From the human T2T-CHM13v2.0 reference genome, Homo sapiens: 64,000 bases of DNA. A program made the position numbers and the translations under genes. Below, in pieces: positions 1 to 16,500 of this stretch. The DNA lies in assembly GCF_009914755.1 (NCBI RefSeq), contig NC_060936.1; one strand, written 5' to 3'. The notes under the pieces were generated by a model. The model was not told where the DNA came from, did no database searches, and was given only the letters and a program-made list of their open reading frames with translations. Every line of letters begins with the position of its first letter. Within the stretch, counting starts at the first letter, position 1.

Positions 1-3000
1 ACTTTGTAAACAGTCTTTTTATATAATCTGAAATGGATATTTGGAGCGATTTGAGACGTTTGGTGAAAAAGGAAATATCTGTACATAAAAACTAGACAGA
101 AGCTTTCTGAGAAACTCCTTTGTGACTTGTGCATTCATCTCAGAGAATTGAAACTTTCTTTTGATTGAGCAGTTTGGAAAAAGTCTTTTTGTAGAATCTG
201 TAAACAGATATTTGGAGCGCTTTGAGGCCTTTTGTTTAAAAGGAAATATCTCCACATGAAAACTAGACAGAAGAATTCTGAGAAACTTCTTTGTGATGTG
301 TGCATTCATCTCACAGAGTTGAACCTTTCTTTTGATTGAGCAGTTTCGAAGCAGTCTTTTTTTAGCGTCTGCAAACAGATATTCATGAGCACTTTGAGGC
401 CTATGGTGAAAAAGTAAATATCTTCACATAAAAACTAGACCAAGGCTTTCTGAGAAACTTCTTTTGATGAGTGCATTCAGCTCACAGATTTCAACCTTTC
501 TTTTGATTAATCCGTTTGGAAACAGTCTTTTCATAGTATCTGCAAAGGGATATTTGTGACCCCTTTGAGGTCTATGGTGAAAAAGGAAATATCTTTACAT
601 GAAAACTAAACAGAAGCTTTCTGAGAAACTTCTTTGTGATGTGTGGTTTCATCTCACAGAATTAAACCTCTCTTTGGATGGAGCAGGGTTGGAAACCATC
701 TTTTTTTATAATCTGCAAGTGGATAGTTGAATTTCATTGAAGCCTATTGTGAAAAAGGAAATATCTTGACATAAAAACTAGACAGAAGCATTCTCAGAAA
801 CTTGTTTGTGATATGTTCATTCAACTCTCAGAGTTGACTCATTCTTTTGATTGAGCAGATTGGAAGCAGATTTTTTGTAGAATCTGTGAAGGGATGTTTG
901 GGAGCCCTTTGAGGCCTATGGTGAAAAAGGAAATATGTTCACATAAAAACTAGACAGAAGTTTTCTGAGAAACTTCTTTGTGATGTGTGCTTTCATCTCA
1001 CAGAGTTGAACCTTTCTTTGATTGAGTATTTTGGAAAAAATCTTTTAGTAGAATCTGAAAAAGGATATTTGGAGTGCTTTAAGGAGTATGGTGAAAAAGG
1101 AAATATCTTCACATAAAAACTAGACATAAATTTTCTGAGAAACTTCTTTGTGACGTGTGCATTCATCTCACAGACTTGAACCTTTCCTTTCATTGAGCAG
1201 TTTGGAAACAGTCCTTCTGTATATTCTGCAAAGGAATATTTGTAAGCCCTTTGAGTCCTATGGTAAAAAAGGAAATATGTTCACATAAAAACTGAACAGA
1301 AGCTTTCTGAGAATCTTCTTTGTGATGTGTGGTTTCAACTCAGAGACTTGAAGTGTTCTTTTGATTGATCAGTATGTAAACAGTCATTTGGTAGAATCTG
1401 CTAAGGGATATTTGGAGCAATCTCTGGCCTATGTGAAAAAGGAAATATCTTAATATAAAAACTAGACAGAAGCTTGCTGAGAAACTTCTTTGTCAGGTAT
1501 GCATTCACCTCACGGAGTTGAACCTTTCTTTTGATTGAGAACTTTGGAAACAGTCTGTTTGTAGAATCTGCAGATATTTGTGAGCACTTTGTGGCCTATG
1601 GTGAAAAAGGGATTATCTTCACATAAAAACTAGACAGTAGCTTTCTGAGCAACTTCTCTGTGATGTGTGCCTATATCTCACAGATTTGATACTTTCTTTT
1701 GATGGAGCAGTTTGGTAACAGGCTTTTTGTAAAATCTGAAAACGGATATTTGGAGTGCTTTGAGGCGTATGGTGAAAAAGGAATTATCTTCACATAAAAA
1801 CGAGACAGAGCTTTCTGAGGAACTTCTTTGTGATCTGTTCTTTCATCTCACAGAGTTGAAACTTTCTTTTGATTGAGTAGTTTGGAAAGAGCCTTTTTGT
1901 ATAATCTGCAAATGGGATATCTGTGGGCCCTTTATGCCTATGGTGAAAAAGGAAATATCTTCACATAAAAACTGGACAGAAGCTTTCTAACAAACTTCTT
2001 TGTGATGTGTGCATTCATCTCACAGAGGTGAAACTTTCTTTTGATTGAGCAGTATGGAAACAGTCTTTTTGTGGAATCTGTAAACAGATATTAGTGAGCA
2101 CATTGAGGCCTATGGTGAAAAAGGAAATACCTTCACATAAAAACCTGACCGAAGCATTCTGAGCAACTGCTTTGTGATGTGTGCCTTCATCTCACTGAGT
2201 TGAACCTCTCTTTTGATTGAGCACATCGGAAACAATCTGTTTCTAGAATCAGCAAAGGGATGTTTGGAGCACTTTGAGGCCTATGTTGAACAAGGAAATA
2301 TCTCCACATAAAAACTAGTCCAAAGCTTTCTGAGAAACTTCTTTGTGTTGAGTACATTCATCTAACAGATTTGATACTTTCTTTTGATGGAGCAGTTAGG
2401 TAACAGACTTTTTGTAAAATCTGAAAAGGAATATTTGGAGCACTTTGATAAGCTATTTGATAAGCTGGCTTATCAAATTTGATAAGCCGTTTCAAAGCTA
2501 TCTTTTTTTAGGATCTGCAAAGGGATATTTGTGAGCCCTTTGAGGCCTGTGGTGAAAGAGGATATATCTTCACATAAAAACTAGATAGAAGTTTTCTGAG
2601 AAACTTCTTTGTGTTGTGTGTTTTCATCTCACAGAGATGAGCTTTTCTTTTAATTGAGCAATTTGGAAATTTTTTTTTGTAGAATCTGCAAGTGTATATA
2701 TTTGGAGCACTTTGAAGCCTATGGTGAAAAATGAAATATCTTCACATAAATACTAGACAGAAGTATTCTGAGAAACTTCTTTGTGATGTGTGAATTCATC
2801 TCACAGGGTTGAACTTTTCTTTTGATTGAGCAGTTTGGAAACAGTCTTTTTGCAGAATCTGCAAAACGATATTTGTGAGCTCTTTTAGGCCTATGGAAAA
2901 ATAGGGAATATCTTCACATAAAAACTAGACAGAAGTTTTCTGACAAACTTCTTTGTGATGTGTGCATTCATCTCACAGAGTTTGAACGTTTCTTTTGATT

Positions 3001-6000
3001 GTGCAGTTTGGAAACAGTCTTTCTGTAGAATCTGAAATGGGATATTTGGATCGTTTTATGGCATATTGTGAAAAAGGAAATATCGTCACATAAAAACTAG
3101 AGAGAAGCTTTCCGAGTAACTTCTTTGTGATGCATACATTCATGTCACAGAGTTGAAAATTTATTTTGATTGAGAAGTTTGGAAACATTCTTTTTGTAGA
3201 ATTTGCAAACAGATATTTTTGAGTGCTTTCAGTCCTATGTTGAAAAAGGAAATATCTTCACATAAAAACTAGATAGAAGCATTCTGAGCAAATATTTTTG
3301 ATGTGTGCATTCATCTCACAGAGTTGAACCTTTCCTTTCATTGAGCACTTCGAGAAGAGTCTGTTAGTAGAATCTGCAAAGGGATATTTCGAGCACTTTG
3401 AGGTCTATTGTGAAAAATGAAATATCTTCACATAAAAACTAGACCGAAGCTTTCTGAGGAACTTCTTTGTGATGTGTGCTTTCATCTCACAGGGTTGAAC
3501 TTTTTTTTTGATTGAGCAGTTTGGAAACAGTCTTTTTGTAGAATCTGCAGAGGGATATTTGTGAGCCTTTTGAGGCCTACAGTGAAAAAGGAAATATCTT
3601 AATATAAAAACTGGACAGAAGCTTTCTGAGAAACTTCTTTGTGATGTGTACTTTCATCTCACACAGTTGAACCATTCCTTCAGTTGATCAGTTGGGAAAC
3701 AGTCTTTTTGTACAGTCTGCAAAGGAATATTTGAAGCCCTTTGAGTCCTATGGTAAAAAAAGAAATATCTTCACATAAAAACTGGATAGAAGCTTTCCAA
3801 GAAACTTCTTTGTCATGTGTGCTTTCTTCTCACAGAGTTGAACGATTCTTTTGATTGATCAGTTTGGAAGCACTGTTTTTGTAGAATCTGCAAAGGGATA
3901 TTAGGAGCAATATGAGGCCTATGGTTAAAAAGGAAATATCTTCACATACAAACTAGACAGAAGCTTTCTGAGAAACTTCTTTGCCAGGTGTGCATTGATC
4001 TCACAAAGTTGAACATTTCCTTTGATTGAGCAGTTTGGAAACATTCTTTTTGTAAAATCTCTAAAGGGATATTTAGAGCAATTTGAGGCTTATGGTGAAA
4101 AATGAAATATCTTCAATTAAAAAATAGACAGAAGCTTACAGAGAAACTACTTTGAGATGTGTGCATTCATCTTGCAGAGTGGAAAATTTCTTTTGATTGA
4201 GCATTTTGGAAACAGTCTTTTTGTAGGATCTGCAAAGGGATTTGTGTGAGCCCTTTGAGTACTACGGTGAAAAAGAAAATCTCTTCACATATAAACTACA
4301 CAGAATATTTCTGAGAAAGTCCTTAGTGATGTGAGCTTTCATCTCACAGAGTTGAACCATTCTTTTGATAGATCAGTTTGGAAACAGTCTTTTTATAGAA
4401 ACTACAAAAGGATATTTGGAGCACTTTGAGGCCTATCGTGAAAAAGGAAATATCTTCACATATAAACTAGACAAAAGCTCTCTGAGAAACTTCTTTGTGA
4501 TTTGTCCATTCATCTTATATATTTAAACCATTCTTTTGATTGAGCAGTTTGGAAACAGTCTTTTTGTAGAATCTGCAAAAGGATATTTTTGAGTGGTTTG
4601 AGGCCTATGGTGAAAAAGGAAATATTTTCACTTAAAAACTAGACAGAACTTTCCTGACAAACTTCTTTCTGATGTGTGCATTTATCTCACAGAGTTGAAA
4701 GTTTCTATTGATTGAGAAGTTTGGAAACAGTCTTTTTATATAATCTGAAATGGATATTTGGAGTGCTTTGAGGCATTTGGTGAAAAAGGATATATCCTCA
4801 CATAAAAACTAGACAAAAGCTTTCTGAGAAACTTCTTTGTGACGTGTGCATTCATTTCACACAGTTGAACATTTCTTTTGACTGAGCAGGTTGGAAACGT
4901 CTTTTTGTAGAATCTGCAAACAGATATTTGTGAGTGCTTTGAGGCTTATGGTGAAAAAGGAAATACCTCCAAATAAAAACCTGACGGAAGCATTCTGAGC
5001 AACTGCTTTGTTGCATATGTGTGCATTCATCTCACAGAGTTGAACCTTTCTTTTGATTGATCACGTTGGAAACAGTTTGTTTCTAAAATCTGCAAAGGGA
5101 TATTTCAAGCACTTTGAGGCCTATGGTGAACAAGGAAATATCTTCACATAAAAACTAGATCAAAGCTTTCTGAGAAACTTCTTTGTGTTGAGTGCATTCA
5201 TCTCACAGATTTAACCTTTAATTTGATAGGCCATTATGAAACCGTCTTTTTTTAGAATCTACACAGGGATATTGGTGAGCACTTTGAAGCCTGCCGTGAA
5301 AAAGGACATATCTTCACATGAAAACTAGACAGAAGCTTTCTGAGCTTCTTTGTGTTGTGTGCTTTCATCTCACAGTGTTGAACCTTTGTTTTAATTGAGC
5401 AATTTGGAAACAGTCTTTTTGTAGAATCTGCAAGTGTATATTTGGAGTGCTTTGAAGCCTATGGTGAAAAACGAAATATCTTCACATAAATACTAGACAG
5501 AAGCATTCTGAGAAACTTCTTTGTGATGTGTGAATTCATCTCAGATGGTTGAACCTTTCCTTTTATTGAGCAGTTTTGAAACAGTCTTTTTGCAGAATTT
5601 ATAAAGGGATATTTGGAGCACTTTGAAGAGTATGGTGAAAAGGAATTATCTTCACATAAAAAATAGAAGTTTTCTGAGAAACTTCTTTGTAATGTGTGCA
5701 TTCATCTTACAGATTTCAACCTTTCTTTTGGTTGAGCGTATGGAAACAGTCTTTTTGTAGAATCTGCAAAAGGATATTTGTGAGCTCTTTTAGGCCTATG
5801 GAGAAATAAGGAATATCTTCATATAAAAATGAGACAGAAGTTTTCTGACAAACTTCTTTGTGATGTATACATTCATCTCACAGAGTTGAACATTTCTTTT
5901 GATTTAGCAGTTTGGAAACAGTCTTTCTGTAGAATCTGAAATGCAATATTTGGATCACTTTAAGATGTATAGTGAAAAAGGAAATATCTTCACAGAGAAA

Positions 6001-7575
6001 CTAGACAGAAGCTTTCTGAGGAACTTCTTTCTGATGTGTGCTTTCATCTCACAGAATTGAACATTTGTTTGATTGAGCAGTTTGGAAACAGTGTTTTTGT
6101 GGAATCTGCAGATGGATATTTGTGGGCCCTTTGAGGCCTATGGTGAAAAATGAAATATCTTCACATAAAAACTGGACAGAACCTTTATGAGAAACTTCTT
6201 TGTGATGTGAGATTTCATCTCACAGAGTTGACCATTCCTTCGATTTATCAGTTTGGAAACAGTCTTTTTGTACAATCTGCAAAGGGATATTTTGTGCAAC
6301 TTGGAGCCTGTGGTGAAAAAGGAAATATCTTCACATAAACACTAGACAGAAGCTTTCTGACTAACTTCTTTGTGGCGTGTGCATTCATCTCACAAAGTTG
6401 AATGTTTCTTTTTATTGAGCAATTTGGAAATAGTCTTTTTGTAGAGTCTGCAATGGGATATTTGGACTGCTTTGAGGCGCATGGTAAAAATGGAAATGTC
6501 TTCACATAAGAATTAGACAGAAGCACTCGAAGGAACTTCTTTGTGGCGTGTGCATTCATCTCACAGAGGTGAACATTTATTTTGATTGAGCAGTTTGGAA
6601 ACAGTCTTTGTGAGGGATCTGCAAACAGATATTTGTTAACGCTTTGAGGCTTATGGTGAAAAAGGAAATGTCTTCACATAAAAACTAGTCAGAAGCTTTC
6701 TGAACAACTTCTTTCTGATGTGTGCATTCATCTCACAGAGTTGAACCTTTCTTTTGATTTAGCACATTGGAAACCATCTGTTTCTAGAATCTGCAAAGAG
6801 ATATTTGGAGCACTATGAGGCCTATGGTGAACAAGGAAATATCTTCACATAAAAACTAGACTAATGTTTTCTGAGAAACTTCCTTGTGCTGAGTGCATTC
6901 ATCTCACAGATTTGAATCTTTCTTTTGATTAAGCTGTTTCAAAACCGTCTTTTCTTAGAATCTGAAAAGGGATATTTGTGAGCCCATTAGGGCCTGTGGT
7001 GAAAAAGGATATATCCTCACATAAAAACTAGATAGAAGCCTTCTGAGAAACTTCTTTGTGTTGTGTGTTTTCATCTCCCAGAGTTGAATCTTTCTTTTGA
7101 TTGAGCAATTTGGAAACAATCTTTTTGTAGAATCTGCAAGTGTATAATTTGGAACGCTTTGAAGTCTTTGGTGAAAAAGGAATTATCTTCACATAAAAAC
7201 TAGACAGAAGCATTCTGAGAAACTTCTTTGTGATAGGTGAATTCATCACACTGAGTTGTACCTTTCTCTTGATTGAGCAATTTTGCTACAGTCTTTTTGC
7301 AGAATCTGCAAAAGGATGTTTATGAGCTGTTTTAGGCCTATGGAGAAAAATGGAATATCTGCACATAAAAACTAGACAGAGGTTTTCTGAGAAACTTCTT
7401 TGTGTTGTGTGCATTCATCTCACAGAGGTGAACATTTATTTTGATTTTGCAGTTTGGAAAGAGTCTTTTTGAAGAATCTGCAAACAGATATTTGTGAGCA
7501 CTTTGAGGCTTATGGTGAAAAAGGAAATAACTTCACATAAAAACATGACTGAAGCATTCTGAGAAACCTCTTTGT
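1..7575. repeat. Alpha satellite, diverged monomeric A-type array (segment 1)
   Basis: ~171-bp periodic recurrence of CCTATGGTGAAAAAGGAAATATCTTCACATAAAAACTAGACAGAAGCTTTCTGAGAAACTTCTTTGTGATGTGTGCATTCATCTCACAGAGTTGAAC; neighbouring monomers are visibly diverged; no CENP-B box seen. Confidence 0.98.
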
Positions 7576-7587
7576 AGGGGAAGCAGC

Positions 7588-7597
7588 CAAGATGGCC
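7588..7597 (+). promoter_or_regulatory. YY1-binding motif of the L1 5'UTR internal promoter
   Basis: CAAGATGGCC ~13 nt into the element, the known position of the L1 YY1 site; the rest of the 5'UTR shows extensive CpG decay. Confidence 0.8.
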
Positions 7598-8612
7598 AAA
7601 TAGGAACAGCTCCAGTCTACAGCTCCCAGTGTTAGTGAAGCAGAAGATGGGTGATTTCTGCATTTCCATCTGAGGTACCGGGTTCATCTCAGTAGGGAGG
7701 GCCAGACAGTGGGCGCAGGACAGTGGGTGCAGTGTACCCTGCATGAGCCAAAGCTGGGAGAGGAATTGACTCACTTAGGAAGCACATGGGGTCAGGGAGT
7801 TCTCTTTCCTAGTCAAAGAAAGGGGTGACAGATGGCACCTGGAAAATCAGGTCACTCCCTCCCTAATACTGCGCTTTTCTGATGGGCTTAAAAAATGGCG
7901 CACCAGGAGATTATATACCACACATGGCTCAGAGGGTCCTATGCCCACGGAGTCTCACTGATTGCTAGCACAGCAGTCTGAGATCAAACTGCAAGGCAGC
8001 AGTGAGGCTGGGTGAGGGGCGCCTGCCATTTCCCAGGCTTGATTAGGTAAACAAAGCAGCTGGAAAGCTCAAACTGGGTGGAGCCCACCACAGCTCAAGG
8101 AGGCCTGCCTGCCTCTGTAGGCTCCACCTCTGGGGGCAGGGCACAGACAAACAAAAAGACAACAGTAAACTCTGTAGTCTTAAATGTCCCTGTCTGACAG
8201 CTTTGAAGAGAGAAGTGGTTCTCCCAGCATGCAGCTGGAGAACTGAGAATGGGCAGACTGCCTCCACAAGTGAGTCCCTGACCCCTGACCCCTGAGCAGC
8301 CTAACTAGGAGGCACCCCACAGTAGGGGCAGACTGACACCTCACACAGCTGGGTACTCCTGTGAGACACAAGATCCAGAGGAACAATCAGACAGCAGAAG
8401 TTGCAGATAATGAAAATCTGCTGTTCTGCAGCCACCGCTGATGTTACCCAGGTAAACAGGGTCTGGAGTGGACCTCTAGCAAACTCCAACGGACCTGCAG
8501 CTGAGGGTCCTGTCTGTTAGAAAGAAAGTTAACAAAGAGAAAGGACATCCACACCAAAAACCCATCTGTGCATCACCAACATCACAGACCAAAACTAGAA
8601 AAAACCACAAAG

Positions 8613-9629
8613 ATGGGGAAAAAACAGAGCAGAAAAACTGGAAACTCTAAAAAGCAGAGCACCTCTCCTCCTCCAAAGGAATGCAGTTCCTCACCAGCAA
8701 CAGAACAAAGCTGGATGGAGAATGACTTTGACAAGTTGAGAGAAGAAGTCTTCAGATGATCAAACTACTCCAAGCTACAGGAGGAAATTCAAACCAAAGG
8801 CAAAGAAGTTGAAAACTTTGAAAAATATTTAGACAAACGTATAACTAGAATAACCAATGCAGAGAGGTGCTTAAAGGAGCTGATGGAGCTGAAAGCCAAG
8901 GCTTGAGAACTATGTGAAGAATGCAGAAGTCTCAGGAGCCTATGCGATCAACTGGAAGAAAGGGTATCAGTGATGGAAGATGAAATGAATGAAATGAAGC
9001 AAGAAGGGAAGTTTAGAGGAAAAAGAATAAAAAGAAACGAACAAAGCCTCCAGGAAATATGGGACTATGTGAAAAGACCAAATCTACGTCTGATTGGTAT
9101 ACCTGAAAGTGACGGGGAGAATGGAATCAAGTTGGAAAGCACTCTTCAGGATATTATCCAGGAGAACTTCCCCAATCTAGCAAGGCAGGCCAACATTCAG
9201 ATTCAGGAAATACAGAGAATGCCACAAAGATAATCCTCGAGAAGACCAAATCCAAGACACACAATTGTCAGATTCAGCAAAGTTGAAATAAAGAAAAAAA
9301 TGTTAAGGGCAGCCAGAGAGAAAGGTCGGGTTACCCACAAAGGGAAGCCCATCAGACTAACAGCAGATCTCTTGGGAGAAACTCTACAAGTCAGAAGAGA
9401 GTGGGGACCAATATTGAACATTCTTAAAGAAAAGAATTTTCAACCCAGAATTTCATATCCAGCCAAACTAAGCTTCATAAGTGAAGGAGAAATAAAATAC
9501 TTTACAGGCAAGCAAATGCTGAGAGACATTGTCACCACCAGGCCTGCCCAAAAAGAGCTCCTGAAGGAAGCAGTAAACATGGAAAGGAACAACCAGTACC
9601 AGCCACTGCAAAATCATGCCAAATTGTAA
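8613..9629 (+). pseudogene. L1 ORF1 (RNA-binding/chaperone), disrupted by nonsense codons
   Basis: MGKKQSRKTGNSK... to ...YQPLQNHAKL*; exactly 1017 bp (canonical length) but in-frame stops, e.g. at 8757-8759 and 9231-9233. Confidence 0.93.
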
Positions 9630-9692
9630 AGACCATCGAAGCTAGGAAGAAACTGCACCATCTAATGAGCAAAATAACCAGCTAACATCATA

Positions 9693-13275
<3,583 letters not shown>

Positions 13276-13509
13276 ACAATGAGAACACATGGACACAGGA
13301 AGGGAAACATCACACTCTGGGGACTGTTGTGGGTTGGGGGGAGGGGGGAGAGATAGCATTAGGAGATATACCTAATGCTAAATAACGAGTTAATGGGTGC
13401 AGCACACCAGCATGGCACATGTATACATATGTAACTAACCTGCACATTGTGCACATGTACCCTAAAACTTAAAGTATAATAATAATAAAATAAAAACATA
13501 AAAAGAAAA

Positions 13510-16500
13510 AGAAACCTCTTTGTGACGTGTACATTCATCTCACAAAGTTGAACCTTTCTTTTTATTTAGCACGTTGGAAACAGTCTGTTTCTAGAATCTG
13601 CAAAGGGATATTTGGAGCAATATGAGGCCTACTGTGAACAAGGAAATATCTTCACATGAAAACTAGACCAAAGTTTTCTGAGAAACTTCTTTGTGTTGAG
13701 TGCATTCGCCTGGCAGATTTGAACTTTTCTTTTGATTAAGCCATTTCAAAACCATCTTTTCTTAGACCCTGCAAAGAGATATTTGTGAGCCCAATAAGGC
13801 CTGCGGTGAAAAAGGATATATCTTCACATAAAAACTAAATAGAAGCTTCCTGAGAAACTTCTTTGTGTTGGGCGCTTTCATCTCACAGAGTTGAATCTTT
13901 CTTCTTATTGAGGAATTTGGAAAAAGTCTTTTTGTAGAATCTTCAAGTGTATAATTTGGAGCGCTTTGAAGCCTTTGGTGAAAAAGGAAATATCTTCACA
14001 TAAAAACTAGACAGAAGCATTCTGAGAAATTTCTTTGTGATGTGTGAATTCATCTCATAGAGTTGTACCTTTCCTTTGATTGAGCAGTTTTGATACAGTC
14101 TTTTTGTAGAATCTGCAAAGGGATATTTGTGAGCTGTTTTAGGCCTATAAAGAAAAAGAGAATATCTTCACATAAAAACTAGACAGAAGGTTTCTGAGAA
14201 ACTTCTTTGTGTTGTGTGCATTCGTCTCACAGATTTGAACTTGTTTTTTGATTGAGCTGTTTGGAAACTGTTTCTGTAGAATCTGAAGTGGAATACTTAG
14301 AATGCTTTGAGGCATATAGTGAAAAAGGAAATATCTTCACATATAAATTAGACATAAGTATTCTGTGTAACTTCTTTCTGATGCATGCATTCATCTCACA
14401 GAGTTGAAACTTTCTTTTGATTGAGCAGTTTGGAAACAGTCGTTTTGTAGAATCTGCTCACAGGTATTTGTGAGCACGTTGAGTCCTACGGAGAAAAGGG
14501 AAATATCTTAACATGAAAACTAGACAGAAGCATTCTGAGCAACTTCTATGTGTTGTGCGCATTTATCTCACAGAGTTGAAACTTTCTTTTAATTGAGCAC
14601 TTTGAAAAGAGTCTGTTTGTAGAATCTTCAAAGGGATATTTCGAGCACTTTGAGGCCACTTGTGAAAAAGGAAATCTCTTCACATAAAAACTAGACCAAA
14701 GCTTTCTGAGAAACTTCATTGTGACATGTGCATTCCTCTCCCAGAGTTAAAACTTTCTTTTGGTTAAGCCGTTTGGAAACAGTCTTTATGTAGTACCTGC
14801 AAAGGGGTATTTTTGAGCCCTTTGAGGTAAATGGTGAAAAAGGAAATATCTTCACATAAAAACTAGACAGAAGCCTTCTTAGAAACTTCTTTGTGATGTG
14901 TGCTTTCATCTCACAGAGTTGAACATTTCTTTTAATAGAGCAGTTTGGAAACAGTCTTTTTGCAGAATCTGCAAGTGGATATTTGGAACACTCTGAGGCC
15001 CATGGTAAAAAACGAAATATCTTCACATAAAAGCTACACAGAAGGATTCTGAGAAACTTCTTTGTGATGTGTGCATTCATCTCAAAGAGCTGAAACTTTC
15101 TCTTGATTGAGCAGTTTCGAAGCAGTCTTTTTGTAGCATCTGCAAACAGATATTCATGAGTGCTTTGAGGCCTATGGTGAAAAAGGAAATATCTTTACAC
15201 AAAAACTAGACAAAAGCTTCTGAGAAACTCCTTTGTGATATGTGGATTCATCTCACAAAGTTAAACCTCTCTTTTGATGGAGCAGGTTGGAAAGAGTCTT
15301 TTTGTATGATCTGTAAGTGGATAGTTGGATTTCATTGAGGCCTATGGTGAAAAAGGAAATATCTTCACATAAAAACTAGACAGAAGCATTCTCAGAAACT
15401 TCTTTGTGATATATTCATTCGACTCTCAGAGTTGAACCTTTCTTTTGGTTGAGCAGTTTGGAAGCATTCGTTTTTGGAATCTGCAAAGCGATGTTTTGGA
15501 GCCCTTTGAGGCCTATAGTTGAAAAGGAACTATCTTCACATGAAAACTAGACAGAAGCATTCTGAGAAACTTCTTTCTGATGTGTGCTTTCATCTGACAG
15601 AGTTGAACATTTCTTTTGATTGAGCATTTTGGAAAGAGTCTCTTAGTAGAATCTAAAAAGGGATATTTGGAGTGCTTTCAGGAGTATGGTGAAAAAGGAA
15701 ATATCTTCACCTAAAAACTAGATAGAAATTTTCTGAGAAACTTCTTTGGGACGTGTGCATTCATCTCACAGAGTTGAACTTTTCTTTTGTTTGAGAGGTT
15801 TGGAATCATTCTTTTGTGGAATCTAAAAAGGGATATTTAGAGTTTTTTGAGGCGTACATTGAAAAAGGAGATATCTTCACATAAGAATTAGACAGAAGCA
15901 TTCTGAGCAACTTCTTTGAGATATGTGCACTCATCTCACAGAGGTGAATATTTCTTTTGATTGAGCAGTTTGGAAGCAGTCTTTTTGTAGATCTACTAAA
16001 GGATATTTCTGAGCCTCTTGAGGCCTATGGTGAAAAAGGAAATATCTTCACATGAAAATTACAGAGAAGCTTTCTGAGAAACTTCTTTGTGATATGTGCT
16101 TTCATCTAACAGATTTGAATCATTTCTTGGGATGAGCGATTTGGAAACAGACTTTTTGTAGAATCTGCAAAAGGATATTTGTGAGCGTTTTGAGGTATAT
16201 GATGAAAAAGGAAATATCTTCACATAAGAACTAGATAGAAACTTTCTCACAAACTTCTTTGTGATGGGTGCATACATCTCAAAGAGACAAATGTTTCTTT
16301 TTATTGAGCAGTTTGGAAACAGTCTTTTTGCAGAATCTGAAAAGGGATATTTGGATCACTTTGTCACATGGTGAAAAAGGAAATATCTTCACACAAAAAC
16401 TAGACAGAAGATTTCTGAGAAGCTTCTCTGTGACGTGCGCATTCATCTCACAGAGTTGAACCTTTCTTTCGATTGAGCACTTTGGAAACAGTCTGTTCAT

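Noticed and set aside
1-7575. Regularly spaced conserved motifs with variable intervening sequence, superficially CRISPR-like
   Set aside because: The 'spacers' are homologous to each other, the period is 171 bp, there are no cas genes and the context is primate
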